64,000 nt of DNA from Octopus vulgaris (GCA_951406725.2 OX597827.1:55986001-56050000), one strand, 5' to 3'; numbered from the stretch's first letter, positions 38,613-52,722 are shown. The notes: generated from the letters alone by a model not told the origin. Made by a program: numbers and translations.

Positions 38613-40563
38613 TTAAAACCTATCGAGATGAGATAATGCATAATTGATATGGATGTCGGAGTGATCGTATATCTAATTCATGTTTCTGTAGAAACACGGC
38701 GTTAAGACGGCAGCTGCAAGGATGATGTATATGTATGTGCAGAAAATAGCTTTCGTGATCTCGTCTGACATTCTTCAAATCGTAGACCTTAAGTAAGTAG
38801 TGCAAATCGATGGAGCGTAGAATAAAATGCCTTGTGGTATTTGTTCCGGCTTTCTGCTCTCTGATTTCAGATCTCATAGATCAACTTTGCCGTTCGTGTT
38901 TTAGAGAGCGAATCTTATCGTTTCGTTAGACCAGGAGAGAGACGGATTTAAATGCGCATTCGAATATTACGACGTCGCTCCTACAACTAACACTATCAGC
39001 AATTGAGGGGCTGAAGTTGAAACCGCGGCCTTGTCACATCGTCTGAAAAAAACTACACGTTTATTACATATGTCCAAGTTAATACTCAACCGTTTACACA
39101 TTAATTTCACGAGTAGAAGAATTCAGTTGACTGAGCAATTGAATGATCATCGTCGCAACTGGCGGAGAACCTACCAATAAAAAAGAAAACTGCTGAGACT
39201 GAGTGCTGGGAAACTGTGTTGATAGGTTAGGGAGATAGCAAAACGCTTGTTAAGTTAATGTAAACATATATAATATAGGGAACATTAAAAGGCTAATTTA
39301 GAAATTATTTCAAGTGAGAAAAAGCTTATATAGGTCAATGACTAATATCTTAATTATTTCATTATATAGATAGTACGATGAAAGGTGAATATTTACATAG
39401 TAATTCTAAATGATGGCAAATAAGATATACAAGTTAAATTCATTACAGAAGCTACTTGATTTCACCGATCACCTATCTCAAAGATATGTATGTATATAAA
39501 AGGGATCAAAGGTGACACTAATAGGCTTATAAATTGATATAAAGGGATAAGTATTTTGGGGGACTAATAATAGATACAATAATAAAAGGTCATTATCGAA
39601 CCAGAAATAAAATTTCATTCACTACTTGAGATGTTATCAGTTCGTTAAACAGCAAACGGTACACATAATCACATAATTGTGCTGGTTTTTCGGTACGAGA
39701 TAAAAATAAAATTAACATATGTGATAAAGATATGATGGACTGTTCATCCCTGTCTCACCGTTTCTCTCATACACACGCACGAGCGCGCACACACACATTG
39801 GCCTGCTCGCCAAGCCAGCGGAGTGGCATCATTCGAAAGCTTAAACGATACTAGCGCATAGTGACCAGCGATGTATAACAACATCCGATAGTCTTAATAC
39901 ACACACACACAATAATAATAATAATAATAATAATAAATGCCAAAACGAATTTCTGTTTGTCAGTGTGTCACACTTTGACCCCCTCTCTCACTATTCAATG
40001 ACACTTCTACTATTCCTCATGTTGAGGTGAGAGTAATAGTAGGCATAGAGACGGTGAGTGTGGTAGTAGATTGGCGGTTGTGATGGTAATGGAAAGATAG
40101 TAATAGTATGAGCTGTAGTTGTGATAGAGGCGACGGTGATGATGGTGGTGGTAGTGGTTGCCGAGGCGGTCAGGCATGATGGTGATAGTAAGCGATGTGA
40201 AAGACAGTGGTGTTGGTAGTGGAGGGGAAGCCAAAGGTATTGATGGTGGTGGTGTCAGAAGTCTGAATGGTGTGTGTATGGCAGTTGTGGTGGTACTGGG
40301 ATGGTGATGGTTGAAAACAATCTACAGAAAGAGAAAAAGAAAGACGTTAGAAAGAAATTGAACTGACCCCCGAATGGGAAGTCAAACATTTTTTATCATG
40401 CAGCTTTGCAATAAGTTCCAAGTCGACAAATTATATCATTGTTTTGATGAGAATTGTTCATTGCTTCAAAAATATTGTTCAAGTTTAATAAAATCTAATA
40501 TGCATGAAGTATCATTTTTGGGCCCAAGGCCCAATGAAGAGTCTTCTACAGGAGCTAGGCTAG

Positions 40564-40608
<45 letters not shown>

Positions 40609-40796
40609 ATACACACGCTCGAGTTTTGGTATATCTTTCTTTGTTACATACATAAACACATGTGCACACAAACTCATATATACCTCCGCTCTCTACACAC
40701 GATCTACACCTTATCTTGGGCCCCAGGCTGACAAAAGCTTTGCAAGTAGATTTGGGAGACGCGAACTGAAATAAGCCCGTCACATACACACACATG

Positions 40797-40831
<35 letters not shown>

Positions 40832-41121
40832 TTTTGTGTATTGAGTCTGTGTGTTTTTATCTCATTGTCTTGTTGTATCATGATAGTTGTAAATAAGTGT
40901 CACTGTCACAAGCGGTGTCAGTCATATCCAATATTCTGTGAGAGCATGTCGGGCCATGGGGAAGTATTATCTTGCTTTGCAAAGAGTGAAGTCTGGCGAC
41001 AAGTAAGGGCATCCGGCCGTAGAAAATCTGCTTCAAATTCCGTCCGACCCATGCAAGCGTGGAAAATGGACGTTAAGCGATGATGATGATGGTGATGACA
41101 ATGACTGATAGAAGTACCATT

Positions 41122-41540
41122 GGATCTTTACCTTTTGACCTACAGATTTAAAAAATAATTTTTTGTAACTAAACACTTTCATACTTCAGACACTGGTAGA
41201 ATGTGTCATATAAAACATTTTTACTCTTAGCATTTTTGAGAAAAACTTATATTTACGAAGATATTTCACGTTAAATTTCTCGTATTTCGGTAATTTCAAC
41301 CAATCAATGATGTGTATTCAGCTGAATAAAGTTACTGCCGTTGTTTGTCAACAAGAACTTCCGGCGGTGTATATTTCGTTTGTCACTGTTATTTATGACA
41401 ACCCTAACCCTAAAACCCTAACCCTAAAACCTTAACCCTAACCTTAACCCTAAAACCTTAAAACCAGTACAAACGCACGAACGATGTCATAAATAACGAA
41501 AAATACACCCCCGATAGTTGTTGTTGACAAACAACGGCAG

Positions 41541-41550
<10 letters not shown>
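41122..41550. mobile_element. Related GGATC MITE with a central CCCTAA array, truncated at (TA)n
   Basis: Starts GGATCTTTACCTTTTGA; inner inverted repeats TTACTGCCGTTGTTTGTCAACAA / TTGTTGACAAACAACGGCAGTAA surround about 9 CCCTAA-like units (41401-41465). Confidence 0.8.
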
Positions 41551-41588
<38 letters not shown>

Positions 41589-42489
41589 CACACACATAAG
41601 TAATGTTTATTACCGCTTAAATATGACTATTCTGTAGGAACTGACGTTGCAAACTGTATCCGATGCAATCTGTACCCGATATATATTGCAAACAAGGGAG
41701 TGAACCCCTACTAACTTCCAACCACGAGACCACCAGACCGTACGGTTTCGACTTCTTAGCATCGAATAACGGTTGGTGGAAGCGTCCTCCTGAAGTTAAA
41801 AATAACAGTAACGCCGGGATACCAAACCACTCTCATAGGAACCTGCAACCACATCTTTTGATTGTCTGCACTCTTGTTAACACAATTCCTTGGGTTGCTG
41901 TAGCTCGAATTTCGGTGCCCTTACAAATATATCTTTTTAAAATATTTCACAAGGTGTAAAACCTGCAAATCTAGGAATGAAGCGTTTATTTCTGTTTATT
42001 AAATGTAAAGAGTAAAACGTTTGCCTTATTTATTATTTTCATCTCCCTCTCCAAACACCAAGGCATCCTCAAATGCGTAACACCTCAGGCGATCACCTTA
42101 GTAACCGGTGTCCGTAGTCGGCCCTACTTTTGTACACTTGCAGGGGCCATAAACACCTCAGCAAAAGCATACGTTGGTTACAAACCACACCGTGAAATTC
42201 CCTCGGGTGTAAAAAAGAAAAAAAGAATAGAGAAGAAAAGAAAAAGGGTCCACAATATCCTTTTCTACTCTAGGCACAAGGCCCGAAATTTTGGAGGAGG
42301 GGACCAGTTGATTAGATCGATCCCAGTACACAACTGGTACTTAATTTATTGACCCCGAAAAGATGAAAGGCAAAGTCTACCTCGGCGGAATTTGAACTCA
42401 GAACGTAAAGACAGACGAAATACTGCTAAGCATTTTGCCCGGCGTGCTACAATATCGTACGAGTCAGCTACATTTATTATTATTTTTTA

Positions 42490-42775
42490 TTTATGAGCCC
42501 TTTTCAAGCCTAGCCAGGCTCATGGGGCCGGTCTCCCAGTTTCTGTGGCGTATGTGTTTCCCCCAGATGGACGGGACGCCAGTCCATCGCAGCGTTACCC
42601 AAGAAACAGTGAGAGAAAGTTGGGGCGAAAGAGTACAACGGGAGTCGCCATCACCCCCTGCCGGAGCCTCGTGGAGCTTTAGGTGTTTTCGCTCAATAAA
42701 AACACACACAACGCCCGGTCTGGGAATCGAAACCGCGATCCTCTACCCTAACCACTGGGCCATTGCACCTCCACA
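42490..42775 (-). mobile_element. SINE family 4
   Basis: Homologous to 9408-9707. Confidence 0.8.
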
Positions 42776-44845
42776 CGAGTCTGCTACACTTACTATTAAT
42801 CAAATACAAATACGTTTTGAGCAGTTGGTTCATTGGTTTCGTTTGTATGTGTGTTCTGTTTAAGAAGAGGGCGTGGATGGTTGTTTGGCATGTTGATGTT
42901 TACTGACAACATAAATTATCACAGAATTTATTCTTAAAACTTGGCCAAATTTTGGAAAAACTGTTTTAACTTCTAATTATTCAGTAATTCAATGTTTTCG
43001 TTTTCGACTTCCTTCGTTTTTTTGCTTGTTAGTTTTGTTATAGTCTTCACAGCCAAGGCCATGCTGGAAAACCTTTTCAAATGTTGATCAATTTGAAATT
43101 AAAATACTCTAATTTACTAATTTCCCACCTAACTCAGTTTGAAATACTTTAAAATGGAATGTACAGACGATCATCTCATTAATTCAGTGGAATTTTTTCT
43201 CTTGACGTTGCGGAACCAAAAAGTTGTAGGATGTGTACTTCGTGACACGTGGCGACTACATGAAATTTTAAATTTGGTAGATGCTCTTGCTTTTTTTTTT
43301 TTTTTTTTTTAATCTCACCACCACAACCAGGGTGTGTGCGTGCGTGCGCGCGTATGTGTGTATGTGTGTGAGTATGTGTGCGTGTGTGACAATAGTACAA
43401 AGTCAATTAGGCGTATCATGTACAATGTAAATTAGTTTTATTTTCTAGACAATAATAGATTGTGAAATCATGCATCTCTTACTGTCTCTGGGATGTCTCT
43501 CTCCCTCTCTCTGTCTGTCTCTCTGCTCTCCTGTCTGTCTGTGTCTCTTTCTCTTCTTTTTTTTTTTTGGATACATTTACGTTTGTTATTCTTTCATTTT
43601 TGTCACGTGAAAGGAAGAGGATAGCTGATTTAGTAGAATGACTGACACTTAATGTTATTCAGTGTATCTGCCCTATGTTACTGAGTTGAAATTACGTAGG
43701 AGTTTTCTGTCATAGCCTTCGAATTTGTTGTCGTCATGAGCAAACAAACTTATATCACACAGCTATGCATGTGGTGTACTTTTTTTTAAAGAAAGCTTTT
43801 CGTCAAATTTAGACCATACTATGAAGTTAGGTTGCTAAGTCGTACTTGCAAATAGTGCTTGGCAATACGACACTTTTCTTCAAATCCACCTGCCCTTTAG
43901 TGTACCTTATGCTCCTAATGTTGACATTTCTCAGTCTCCTTGTGGAAAATTTTAGGATGTAACCGTTGTTGATCCTCATTGCATTGATGCCTCTCTCTCT
44001 TTTTTTTTTATATTGCGGTAGCAAAGATAGTCAGGACTTAAAATATTATGCAGTAGATAAAGCGGCGAGCTGGCACGCCAGGCGAAATGCTTAGCGGCAT
44101 TTCATCCGTCTTCACGTTCAGAGTTCAAAATTCCACCGAGGTCGACTTTGCCTTTCATCCTTTCACTAAGTACCAGTTGATCACTGGGGTTCATGTAATC
44201 GACTTACTCCCTCGCTCCGAAATTGCTGGTCTTGTGCCGAAATTTGAAACCAATATCATAAAAAATGCCAACAAGGCTCTGATGTTGAATTTTTACTTAA
44301 GCTCTGTAGAGAGTTAGCATCAGATCGGAACTGGAATATTTCTTGGCTTTAGAAAGGAATATAGTTTTTGTGGTGCAGTATTATTTATGTATGTATGGTT
44401 GCTCTAAGACGTTATCAAAGCATCTTGCGAGCTCATGCCCACCACGGGAGTTTTGGTCGTTGTTTCTTGTAGATACTTCAACCACTAAGAGGCTCAGCTG
44501 TCATAAGTACCAATCAAAGTTCAGGACGATTCTTTAGTGTTCACTTCTCCAGAAGAAAGCCTAACGTTGAAATATTTTGTGACAACCTTGAAATATTTTC
44601 ACAAACATACGCGCAGGCGTGACTGCATAGCAAGGAGCTTGTTTCCATGGTTTCCAGTTCAGTCCCTCTGCATGGCACCTTGAGCAGATGTCTTATAGTC
44701 TCAAGCTGACCAAAGTGGATTTCGTAGGCGGAAACTAAAAGAAGTCTTTCGTGTGTGTGTATGTATGTGTATGTGCATATATATATATATATATATACAT
44801 ACACACACTATATATATATATATATTAGGTTGGTGCATAATTATA

Positions 44846-44901
<56 letters not shown>

Positions 44902-44934
44902 GTATAGATGTATGTACATATATGTATATATAAT

Positions 44935-44966
<32 letters not shown>

Positions 44967-45028
44967 CTATATATAATATATATATATATATACACGTATA
45001 GATGTATGTACATATATGTATATATAAT

Positions 45029-45086
<58 letters not shown>

Positions 45087-45209
45087 TACTTGGAGAAAAG
45101 AAAAGAAACGAAACGACACGATGACGCTCAGTCATACAATAATGTAATAAATAATAAAATATGCTCACATACATATATGTACGTACCTACATCTACATGT
45201 ATATATACA

Positions 45210-45249
<40 letters not shown>

Positions 45250-45251
<2 letters not shown>

Positions 45252-46070
45252 TACAGGACACCACAAATAAACGTAGAACACAACGAGAAACGAAAACATA
45301 AAAGCAACTAGGAAACGGACTTTTTTTAACAACGAAAAAACAGAGTACAAGACAAACAATACAAGGAATGTTTCCCTTCATCAGCTGTCCCTGGATCGAG
45401 TCAAAGCGTGTTTTCTTGTATTCTTTTACCTCCTCTTCTATTATTGTATCCTATTACTCTTTCTTTTATTCTTCTACCTCCCCATCTCCCCCTCCTGTTT
45501 TTTCTCATCCTATCTCCAATTTTTTCCTCTCCCCCTCCACAATTATCTGTCTGTCTCTCTCTCCCTCACTCTCCTTCCCATGCTCACGTGGCTCCCACGT
45601 GACCATTGGGTATCTTTCTTCTCCTAACTTGTGTTTCTTTCTCTCCGTTGTAGCTGGATCAAGGAAGACGTGTTCTTGTCTGTCTCCTGTCCAAGCTTGA
45701 TTTACGCGTTCACCACTACAACCTTGTTTAGGCTTAGCAGCCCTTCCAGTTTGTTTTCACTGTCCTGTTTGTGTTACCAATTTTGACCCTCCTCAAAATC
45801 CCAAATTTTATTTAATTTGCTTTGCGTGAACAACTGTTTTATATTGCTGTTAAATGCTCGAAATGCGAGAGTAGAAAAACAGCCAACAACTGATGAAGGG
45901 TCGTTCTTTGTGTTGTTTGCCTTGTTTTCCATTTGTGTCTTTCGTTGTTCGAAAAAATAGTTCATATTCCAGATACTCGTACTTCGTATTTTTTGTTGTA
46001 CACTTTTCGTGACGTCCTGTGCCCACAAATGCAATGAATACTAATACCAAATCCATCTTCTGTTTCCTTA
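45250..46070. mobile_element. PLE-terminus-like relics in inverted orientation between (TA)n tracts
   Basis: 45250-45390 (-) and 45885-46020 (+) both begin CTGATGAAGGG and end GTCCTGT; pyrimidine-rich spacer. Confidence 0.45.
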
Positions 46071-46077
46071 ATCTATT

Positions 46078-46120
<43 letters not shown>

Positions 46121-46144
46121 ACACACACACAGACACACACACAA

Positions 46145-46217
<73 letters not shown>

Positions 46218-47222
46218 TATGCATGTATATATATATATATATATATATGTTAACATACATTTAATGTGTGTGTGTGTGTGTATGCATTCACACAGACATA
46301 TTTTCCTAAATTTATTTTATACGTGATCGTTAATATTTATGCAGAGATAGCTAGTTCGGTAGGCAAGTCGTGTCTCTTTGTGGCATCTAGATACACTATC
46401 GCAACGTTCACGTTACCGTCGATAAAATTAGTATGCTCTCTCACTGCAATATTTATTTAGGTATAGCTTGGCAACGCAATGAGACCTGATCCCTAAGGAA
46501 GTAACAAGGTCCTTTTGTTAAAACTTAGAACATATCAGACACGTGTGTACCTATGTGTATGTGCATGCGTGTATATAAATATGTACAGACATCAATGCGT
46601 GTCTCTTGAGTTTATTCAAATAAGAACATTTTACAGATATTGTACGTATCTTTACTGTCAAACTGACTAATTTCATTTTTAGTTTTATCTTTTACGTTTT
46701 TGTCTTTTCACGTTTAAATTTGTTTCAGTCCTTGGGTGACGGTCGTTCTGGGGCATCACCTTGAAGAATTTTGTCAAACAACTTCACCCTGATTCTTTTT
46801 TCTTTCTTTCTTTTTTAAGCATCCTGGTATTTGCTGTATCGTGCTTACGTGCCGAACCACTAAGTTACGAGGACATAAACAAACCAAAATCGGTTGTCAA
46901 ACGGTGATGGAGAATAAACACAACACAAACACATAGACACACACACATCTACACCCACATTTCAACCCCTAACTCCTTACCCATATGTGTGTATGTGTGC
47001 TTCTCTGTATATAAATACATATATGTATGTGTATATACATACATTCATACATACATACATACATACATACATACATACATACGTACGAACATACATACAT
47101 TCATACATACGTACGTACGTACATACATACATAAATACATACATATATATAATCTAACTTCTTAAACTTATTAGTAATTCGTCTCCTTCATTTCAAGAAA
47201 TATGTTAACCTTTGTAGTATAA

Positions 47223-47361
47223 GCTCATAAAGTCCTGATGAGATTCTGCCCCATATAGTTGAAAGTGATGGCCAATTCGTAGCATATGACCCTACCTAAA
47301 TGCTTAGAATTATTAATCACCTACAGGCATGAATCGAAACATCTGTCATTTCTTTTAGAGC
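47223..47361 (+). ncRNA. Degenerate hammerhead with a ~95-nt stem II domain
   Basis: CTGATGA-GATTC-TGCC...GGCA-T-GAATC-GAAAC-ATCT-GTC; proximal stem I decayed. Confidence 0.55.
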
Positions 47362-47495
47362 TTTTATAAATTATAATTTATTTGTATTGTTTTTATAAAA
47401 ACATCTCATTATATCATACAAATAAATCATGCGTCCATAATTTTCCATTTTCTTCCTTTCATCATTCTCTCTCTCTCTCTCTTTCTCTCTCTCTC

Positions 47496-47527
<32 letters not shown>

Positions 47528-47549
47528 GCATGTATATGCATGTATAAAC

Positions 47550-47630
<81 letters not shown>

Positions 47631-47651
47631 TGTATATGCATGTATAAACAT

Positions 47652-47792
47652 GTGTATCTTTCTGTTGAAGAGCGTAGGCTCGAAACGTTAAAGACTTGTT
47701 TTATTTATATTTCCTGAGCGCCATACTAATACAATTGTTTGTTTGTATTCCATCTGCCTTCGTCTTTTGTCTATTTTCATAAAGCTTCCCGT
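47652..47792 (+). mobile_element. 140-bp PLE-type terminus with a variant hammerhead, in (TA)n
   Basis: TCTTT-CTGTTGA-A-GAGC(GTAG)GCTC-GAAAC-GTT^AAAGA; near-identical to 51856-51997 (-). Confidence 0.7.
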
Positions 47793-47837
47793 TATATATA
47801 TATGTATATACATATATATATACATACAAATATATAC

Positions 47838-47871
<34 letters not shown>

Positions 47872-48317
47872 GCATAAATATTGGGAGAGTCGGCCAGTCG
47901 ATTAGATCGATCCCAGTACGCAACTGGTACTTAATTTATCGACCTGAAAGGATGAAAGGCAAAGTCGACCTCGGCGGAATTTGAACTCAAAACGTAAAGA
48001 CAGATGATATATCGCTAAGCATTTTGCCCGACGTGCTAATGTTTCAGCCAGCTCGCTGCCTTTCAATAATAATAACAATCCTTTCTACTATGGGCACAAG
48101 GCCTGAAATTTGGGAGAGGGGAATTATCGATTACATCAACCCCAGTGAGTAACTGGTACTTATTTTTTCGACCCCGAAAGGATGAAAGACAAAGTCGACT
48201 TCGGCGGAATTTGAACTCAGAACATGAAGACGAATGAAATGCCGCTAAGCATTTTATCTGGCGTGCTAACGATTTTGCTACATCGCTGCCTTCCCCGTTG
48301 CAAAATATTAGCAAACC

Positions 48318-48698
48318 GGATCTTTTCGGTTTGAACGGCAATTTTTTTAAAATAATTTCCATGTAACTAAACACTTTTAAACTTCGTATACTGGTAGAAT
48401 GTGTTTATAAAACATCTTTTTCTCTTGACTTTATTGAGAAAATTCTATAGTTTGTAAGATATTTGTTGTTTTTTTTCTTAAATTTCTGCAATTTCAACCA
48501 ATCAATGACGTTTGTTGGGGTGAAAACATTCTGTGTCGTATGAATATGTCCCTCGTTTAAGAAACAGATTGGGTTTATTTACATTTGTGAAGAAAAAAAG
48601 ATACCCTTCCACCCACCCCTAACCCTAGGGTCATAATTATGGGTGACAATTTCATATGACACCGCTAGAAAAAACTGCCGTTCAAACCGAAAAGATCC
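48318..48698. mobile_element. Family A telomeric-repeat MITE
   Basis: Same TIRs as 19142; perfect 8-bp TSD AGCAAACC. Confidence 0.92.
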
Positions 48699-48761
48699 AG
48701 CAAACCGTTTACTTTCCGCTCTTCTCGTGTGTAGCTGGCATCTAGTTTCTTGCTATTTTCA

Positions 48762-49220
48762 TCTCTCTCTATATAAACGGTAGTTTGTCTGTCTGTGTGT
48801 CTGTTAGATTGTACCCTCACCCTGACCACGGCTTTCAACCGATTCTGATGAAACTTGACACACACACATAGCCCAATGTCATAATTCAAAACTAACGCAG
48901 CAAAAATTTTGAAAAGTTCCCCCAGTTTTGAAAAAATCGATAAATTCGACATGGGGTCGAGAATCTAAGCTTTTTATATGCAACACATTTTCTGGGCTGT
49001 ACGTGGGCTGTTCACACGTTGGGATGCGCAATGATGTTTTCATGTTTTCGCCCAAAGGGACAGCTAGGAACATCGTATACACAGACGTATTCGAGTGAAG
49101 AGAAGACATTGCAACCTACACATGCGCCTTCGTTCCCTAGAGGGAAAGGACTAGATTGGGATTAGTCGTTGCCTACTAGGGGCTCTTACATACCCGGGCA
49201 ACGCCGGGCTATGCTGCTAG
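48762..49220 (+). mobile_element. Non-autonomous Helitron
   Basis: A|TC start, hairpin CCCGGGCAACGCCGGG, CTAG|T end. Confidence 0.88.
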
Positions 49221-49724
49221 TCTTATATAATAATCTGCTTGTTCGTTCACTCGTCATACATTAGTTTGAGAGGTAAACGTGGAGTAAATGAGAGGTGGAA
49301 TAAGAGTGAGAGAGAGAGTGGGAGGCATGAAGAATGAAGAGAGGAAGGTGATTAATATTAATACACTTAGGCGAAATGGTCACGTGGTCAGCTGAAGGTA
49401 GAGGCGATGGATGAGAGGAAAAGGAAAGAGAGAAGTGTTAACGACGTGCAGTGGGATGGAGGAATATACTTATTACCTGGTTAAAAGTTAGCTGAAGGGA
49501 AAGGTAGAAAGAGAGATGGACAGGGGAGGCAGTTATATTGGGAGAGAGAGAGAGGCAGATAGCAGCAGTAGTGGTGGTGGTGATGCGTATTTTTTTAATG
49601 AATTCTTTTGCAGCGATTATCGCATACGTATAAGTGCAATTACTTATCGTCTGCTCGCTTAAAAAATTGATATTTGTTTATAAGGGTTAATTTAGCCTAA
49701 ACTTTGGATTCGCAAGAAACACCT

Positions 49725-50269
49725 GGCAAGACTTCTTATTGTACCCCACCCAAAAAACACCCCCTTTTTTTATATTTAATTTTATCTTTCTACGCAAATC
49801 CCCGTTTTCGGCTACGGAGAATACGAATCTGCAAAAAAAAGGAAAAAAAAAAAAAACAAAACAAGGCAAAAATCGGTATTTGGAAATTACCCTCCATCTC
49901 CTAATTTCTTCATTTTTAACTTTTTTCAGAAATTTTTTCAAAATACGCGGAAAAACACGGAGATTATGATTCTGAAAAAAAATTTCAAAAAATTTTTGTA
50001 GTTAGGGTTGGGGTTTTAGGGTTAGGGTTTTAGGGTTTGGGTTAGGGTTAGTGTTTTAGGGTTAGTGTTTTAGGATTAGGGTTAGGGTTAGGGAAAAAGT
50101 GAAAAAAAATGAAGAAATTGGGAGGGTGGGGTTAGGGTTAGGAGGGGCTGAAATTTCAAAATGCCGACTTTTGGCAATTTTCCGGAATCTCCGTATCCGA
50201 AAATGGGGGTTTTGAGGAAAAAAATAGTTGCGAGAAAATGGGGGTGGGGTGACGGGAGGAAGTCTTTCC
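49725..50269. mobile_element. Fold-back MITE family B with a long central TTAGGG array
   Basis: GGCAAGACTTC / GAAGTCTTTCC termini; TSD AAACACCT / AAATACCG (6 of 8); degenerate TTAGGG at ~50002-50093. Confidence 0.8.
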
Positions 50270-50719
50270 AAATACCGTTGCAAGCTGCCCGAGAAAAGTT
50301 GCGCAAATATGGAGCACAGGTCAGAGGGGAACGGCGAGAAAATAGAAATAGAGAACAATGACAACACCGACGGAGATGTGAGGAAATGAATGTAGACAAA
50401 GGTCAAGAATATTTAAAGAAAGCTAAACTATGAATGCTAAAGAAAATGCATATCATCCTTTCTTTCTAAATAAGTCCTCTTAATTTTTCTATTCCGTGGA
50501 TTCTACACGTCTCCTACTAGTTTTAATTATGCAAAACACCCAATGCTTATACGTATCCTTTATTCTTTTTATATACGTCGAAGTCTTATATATGGTTCCA
50601 GTCAATATAGGACAATAGCGGTGCTGATGATGGCTATCAAGACAGAAACGTGTTTACAACTGTCTGCTTACCTTAAGAAAAAAAAACCATTATGGCATCT
50701 TACTTCAGGAAAATTGTTG

Positions 50720-51172
50720 GGATCTTTTCCTTTTGAACGGCACTTTTCAACACAATTTCTAGTTAACTAAACACTTTTAAACTTCGTATACTGGTAGAAT
50801 GTGTCAAAATAAAACATTTCTTTTCTCTTGGCTTTCTTGAGAAAATCGTAATTTGTTTGTTTAACGTAGTTTAAATTTTCGAATTTTAACCAATCCAATG
50901 CCCTCTATTTAGCTAAGGTCATTTGCTGCGTCTAAAACAGACATCCTGTCACTAACCCTAATCCTCACCCTAACCCTAAATTTTAGCCTTTCGTTTTTTT
51001 TTCTTAATTGTTAAATTAAACTACGTTAAACTTACAAATTACAATTTTCTCAAGAAAGCCAAGAGAAAAAAATGTTTTATTTTGACACATTCTACCAGTA
51101 TACGACGAAGTTTAAAAGTGTTTAGTTAACTAGAAATTGTGTTGAAAACTTCCATTCAAAAGGAAAAGATCC
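50720..51172. mobile_element. GGATC fold-back MITE (family A2) with a CCCTAA core
   Basis: TIRs GGATCTTTTCCTTTTGAA; TSD AATTGTTG / AATCGTTG (7 of 8). Confidence 0.9.
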
Positions 51173-51724
51173 AATCGTTGAATCCATTAGATTATCTCCT
51201 ATTCTTATTCGGAGGCGGTAGTAATTGCCACTAAGCATTTGTTTATCTTCTCGCGGAGCAAAGATAACTTCAATAAATCAAGAATTTGCCTTGTGTTTTA
51301 TTTAATATAACTATTTCCGTCTTTATTGTGTAAATTCATGCAACTGGTCATGTGTGCGTTAATAATATAAGCGTAGCTGTGTGGTAAGAATTTTGCTACC
51401 CAACCACATGGTTCCGGTATCAGTCCCACTGCACGGCACATTGGGAAGATGTCTTCTACTATAGCTCCAGGTCGACAAAATCCGTGCAAGTGGATGTAGT
51501 AGACGGTGTATAATATATATATGTGTGTGTGTGTGTGTATGTGTCTTTGTGTTTGTTACCACCTCCTCTTGACAACTAATGTTTGTCTGTTTACGTCCTT
51601 CTGACTTAGCAGTTTGGCAAAAGTGACCCAAAGAAGTACTGGAGTCGAATTGTTTAGCTATACACAGACACACACACACACATACACACACATATACATA
51701 CATGTACACACACTCACACACACA

Positions 51725-51755
<31 letters not shown>

Positions 51756-51821
51756 TATATACATTCATTATATACATACATTATATACATATATATATAT
51801 ATATACATAGATATACATATG

Positions 51822-51855
<34 letters not shown>

Positions 51856-51997
51856 ACGGGAAGCTTTATGAAAATAGACAAAAGACGAAGGCAGGTGGAA
51901 AACAAACGAACAATTGTATTAGTATGGCGCTCAGGAAATATAAATAAAACAAGTCTTTAACGTTTCGAGCCTACGCTCTTCAACAGAAAGATACACA
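51856..51997 (-). mobile_element. 140-bp PLE-type terminus with a variant hammerhead
   Basis: Reverse complement of 47652-47792. Confidence 0.7.
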
Positions 51998-52584
51998 GAG
52001 AGAGAAAAATATAAGAGAAAATAAAAATACAACAAACGGGACAGTTTATGCGAACAAGTTCAAGGTGAGAAATATATATATATATATATATATAAATACA
52101 TATGTAGGTATGCATATGGACATGCATCCGTATGGTAGGTATAAAATGTCAGTTAACGACAGTAACAAGATCCATCCAAGTCATCTGGTGCTAAATGCAG
52201 ACACGACGCGCATGAATAGATAATGATAACAACAACAACAAAACAATTGACATTGATAAGTCACCAATAACTTGACAGAACAAAAAGATAACATATATCA
52301 CAAGAGCAACAAAAGAATACTCGAGTGCGCGCGTAATCACACACACATACACACACTGTACCGACGCACAAGGTAAGGTGGACAAAGGAAACGAGTATTC
52401 AAAATTTGGGTCGTTGTTAGGGTATTTGTTTTAAGAGTTTGTGGACATTCGCTTAAAAGTCATTGGCTGAAACTCAGGTATAGTTGCTTTGGATACTATC
52501 AACTGTAGTGGAAGTTGCCCAAGGATCCTGAATGATCAAATCAATGTTTTTGTGAAACTTGAAAGTAGCGCAGATTTAAGTAAC

Positions 52585-52606
52585 AAACTGTTAACATACA
52601 TAGTAG

Positions 52607-52654
<48 letters not shown>

Positions 52655-52687
52655 GTGTGTGTGTATCTACTATGTATGTTAACAGTT

Positions 52688-52688
<1 letters not shown>
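52585..52688. repeat. Perfect palindromic arms around a (CA)n(TA)n(TG)n tract
   Basis: AAACTGTTAACATACATAGTAGATACAC / GTGTATCTACTATGTATGTTAACAGTTT. Confidence 0.9.

Positions 52689-52722
<34 letters not shown>

Noticed and set aside
40010-40321. Minus-strand open frame after a good splice acceptor
   Set aside because: Low-complexity CAC/CAT-derived sequence that stays open easily; no recognisable protein.
44823-44845. Mariner TIR-like TATTAGGTTGGTGCATAA
   Set aside because: An isolated ~20-bp remnant in (TA)n with no partner TIR or body.
45855-45905. Permuted (type II/III) hammerhead around CTGATGAAGGG
   Set aside because: No convincing stem I or stem III could be built by eye.
50002-50093. 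True telomere or chromosome-fusion scar
   Set aside because: The arrays are short, degenerate and enclosed by MITE TIRs.
50618-50662. HHR-like CTGATGA...GAAACGTGTT
   Set aside because: Stems I and II contain several mismatches; kept only as a weak mention.
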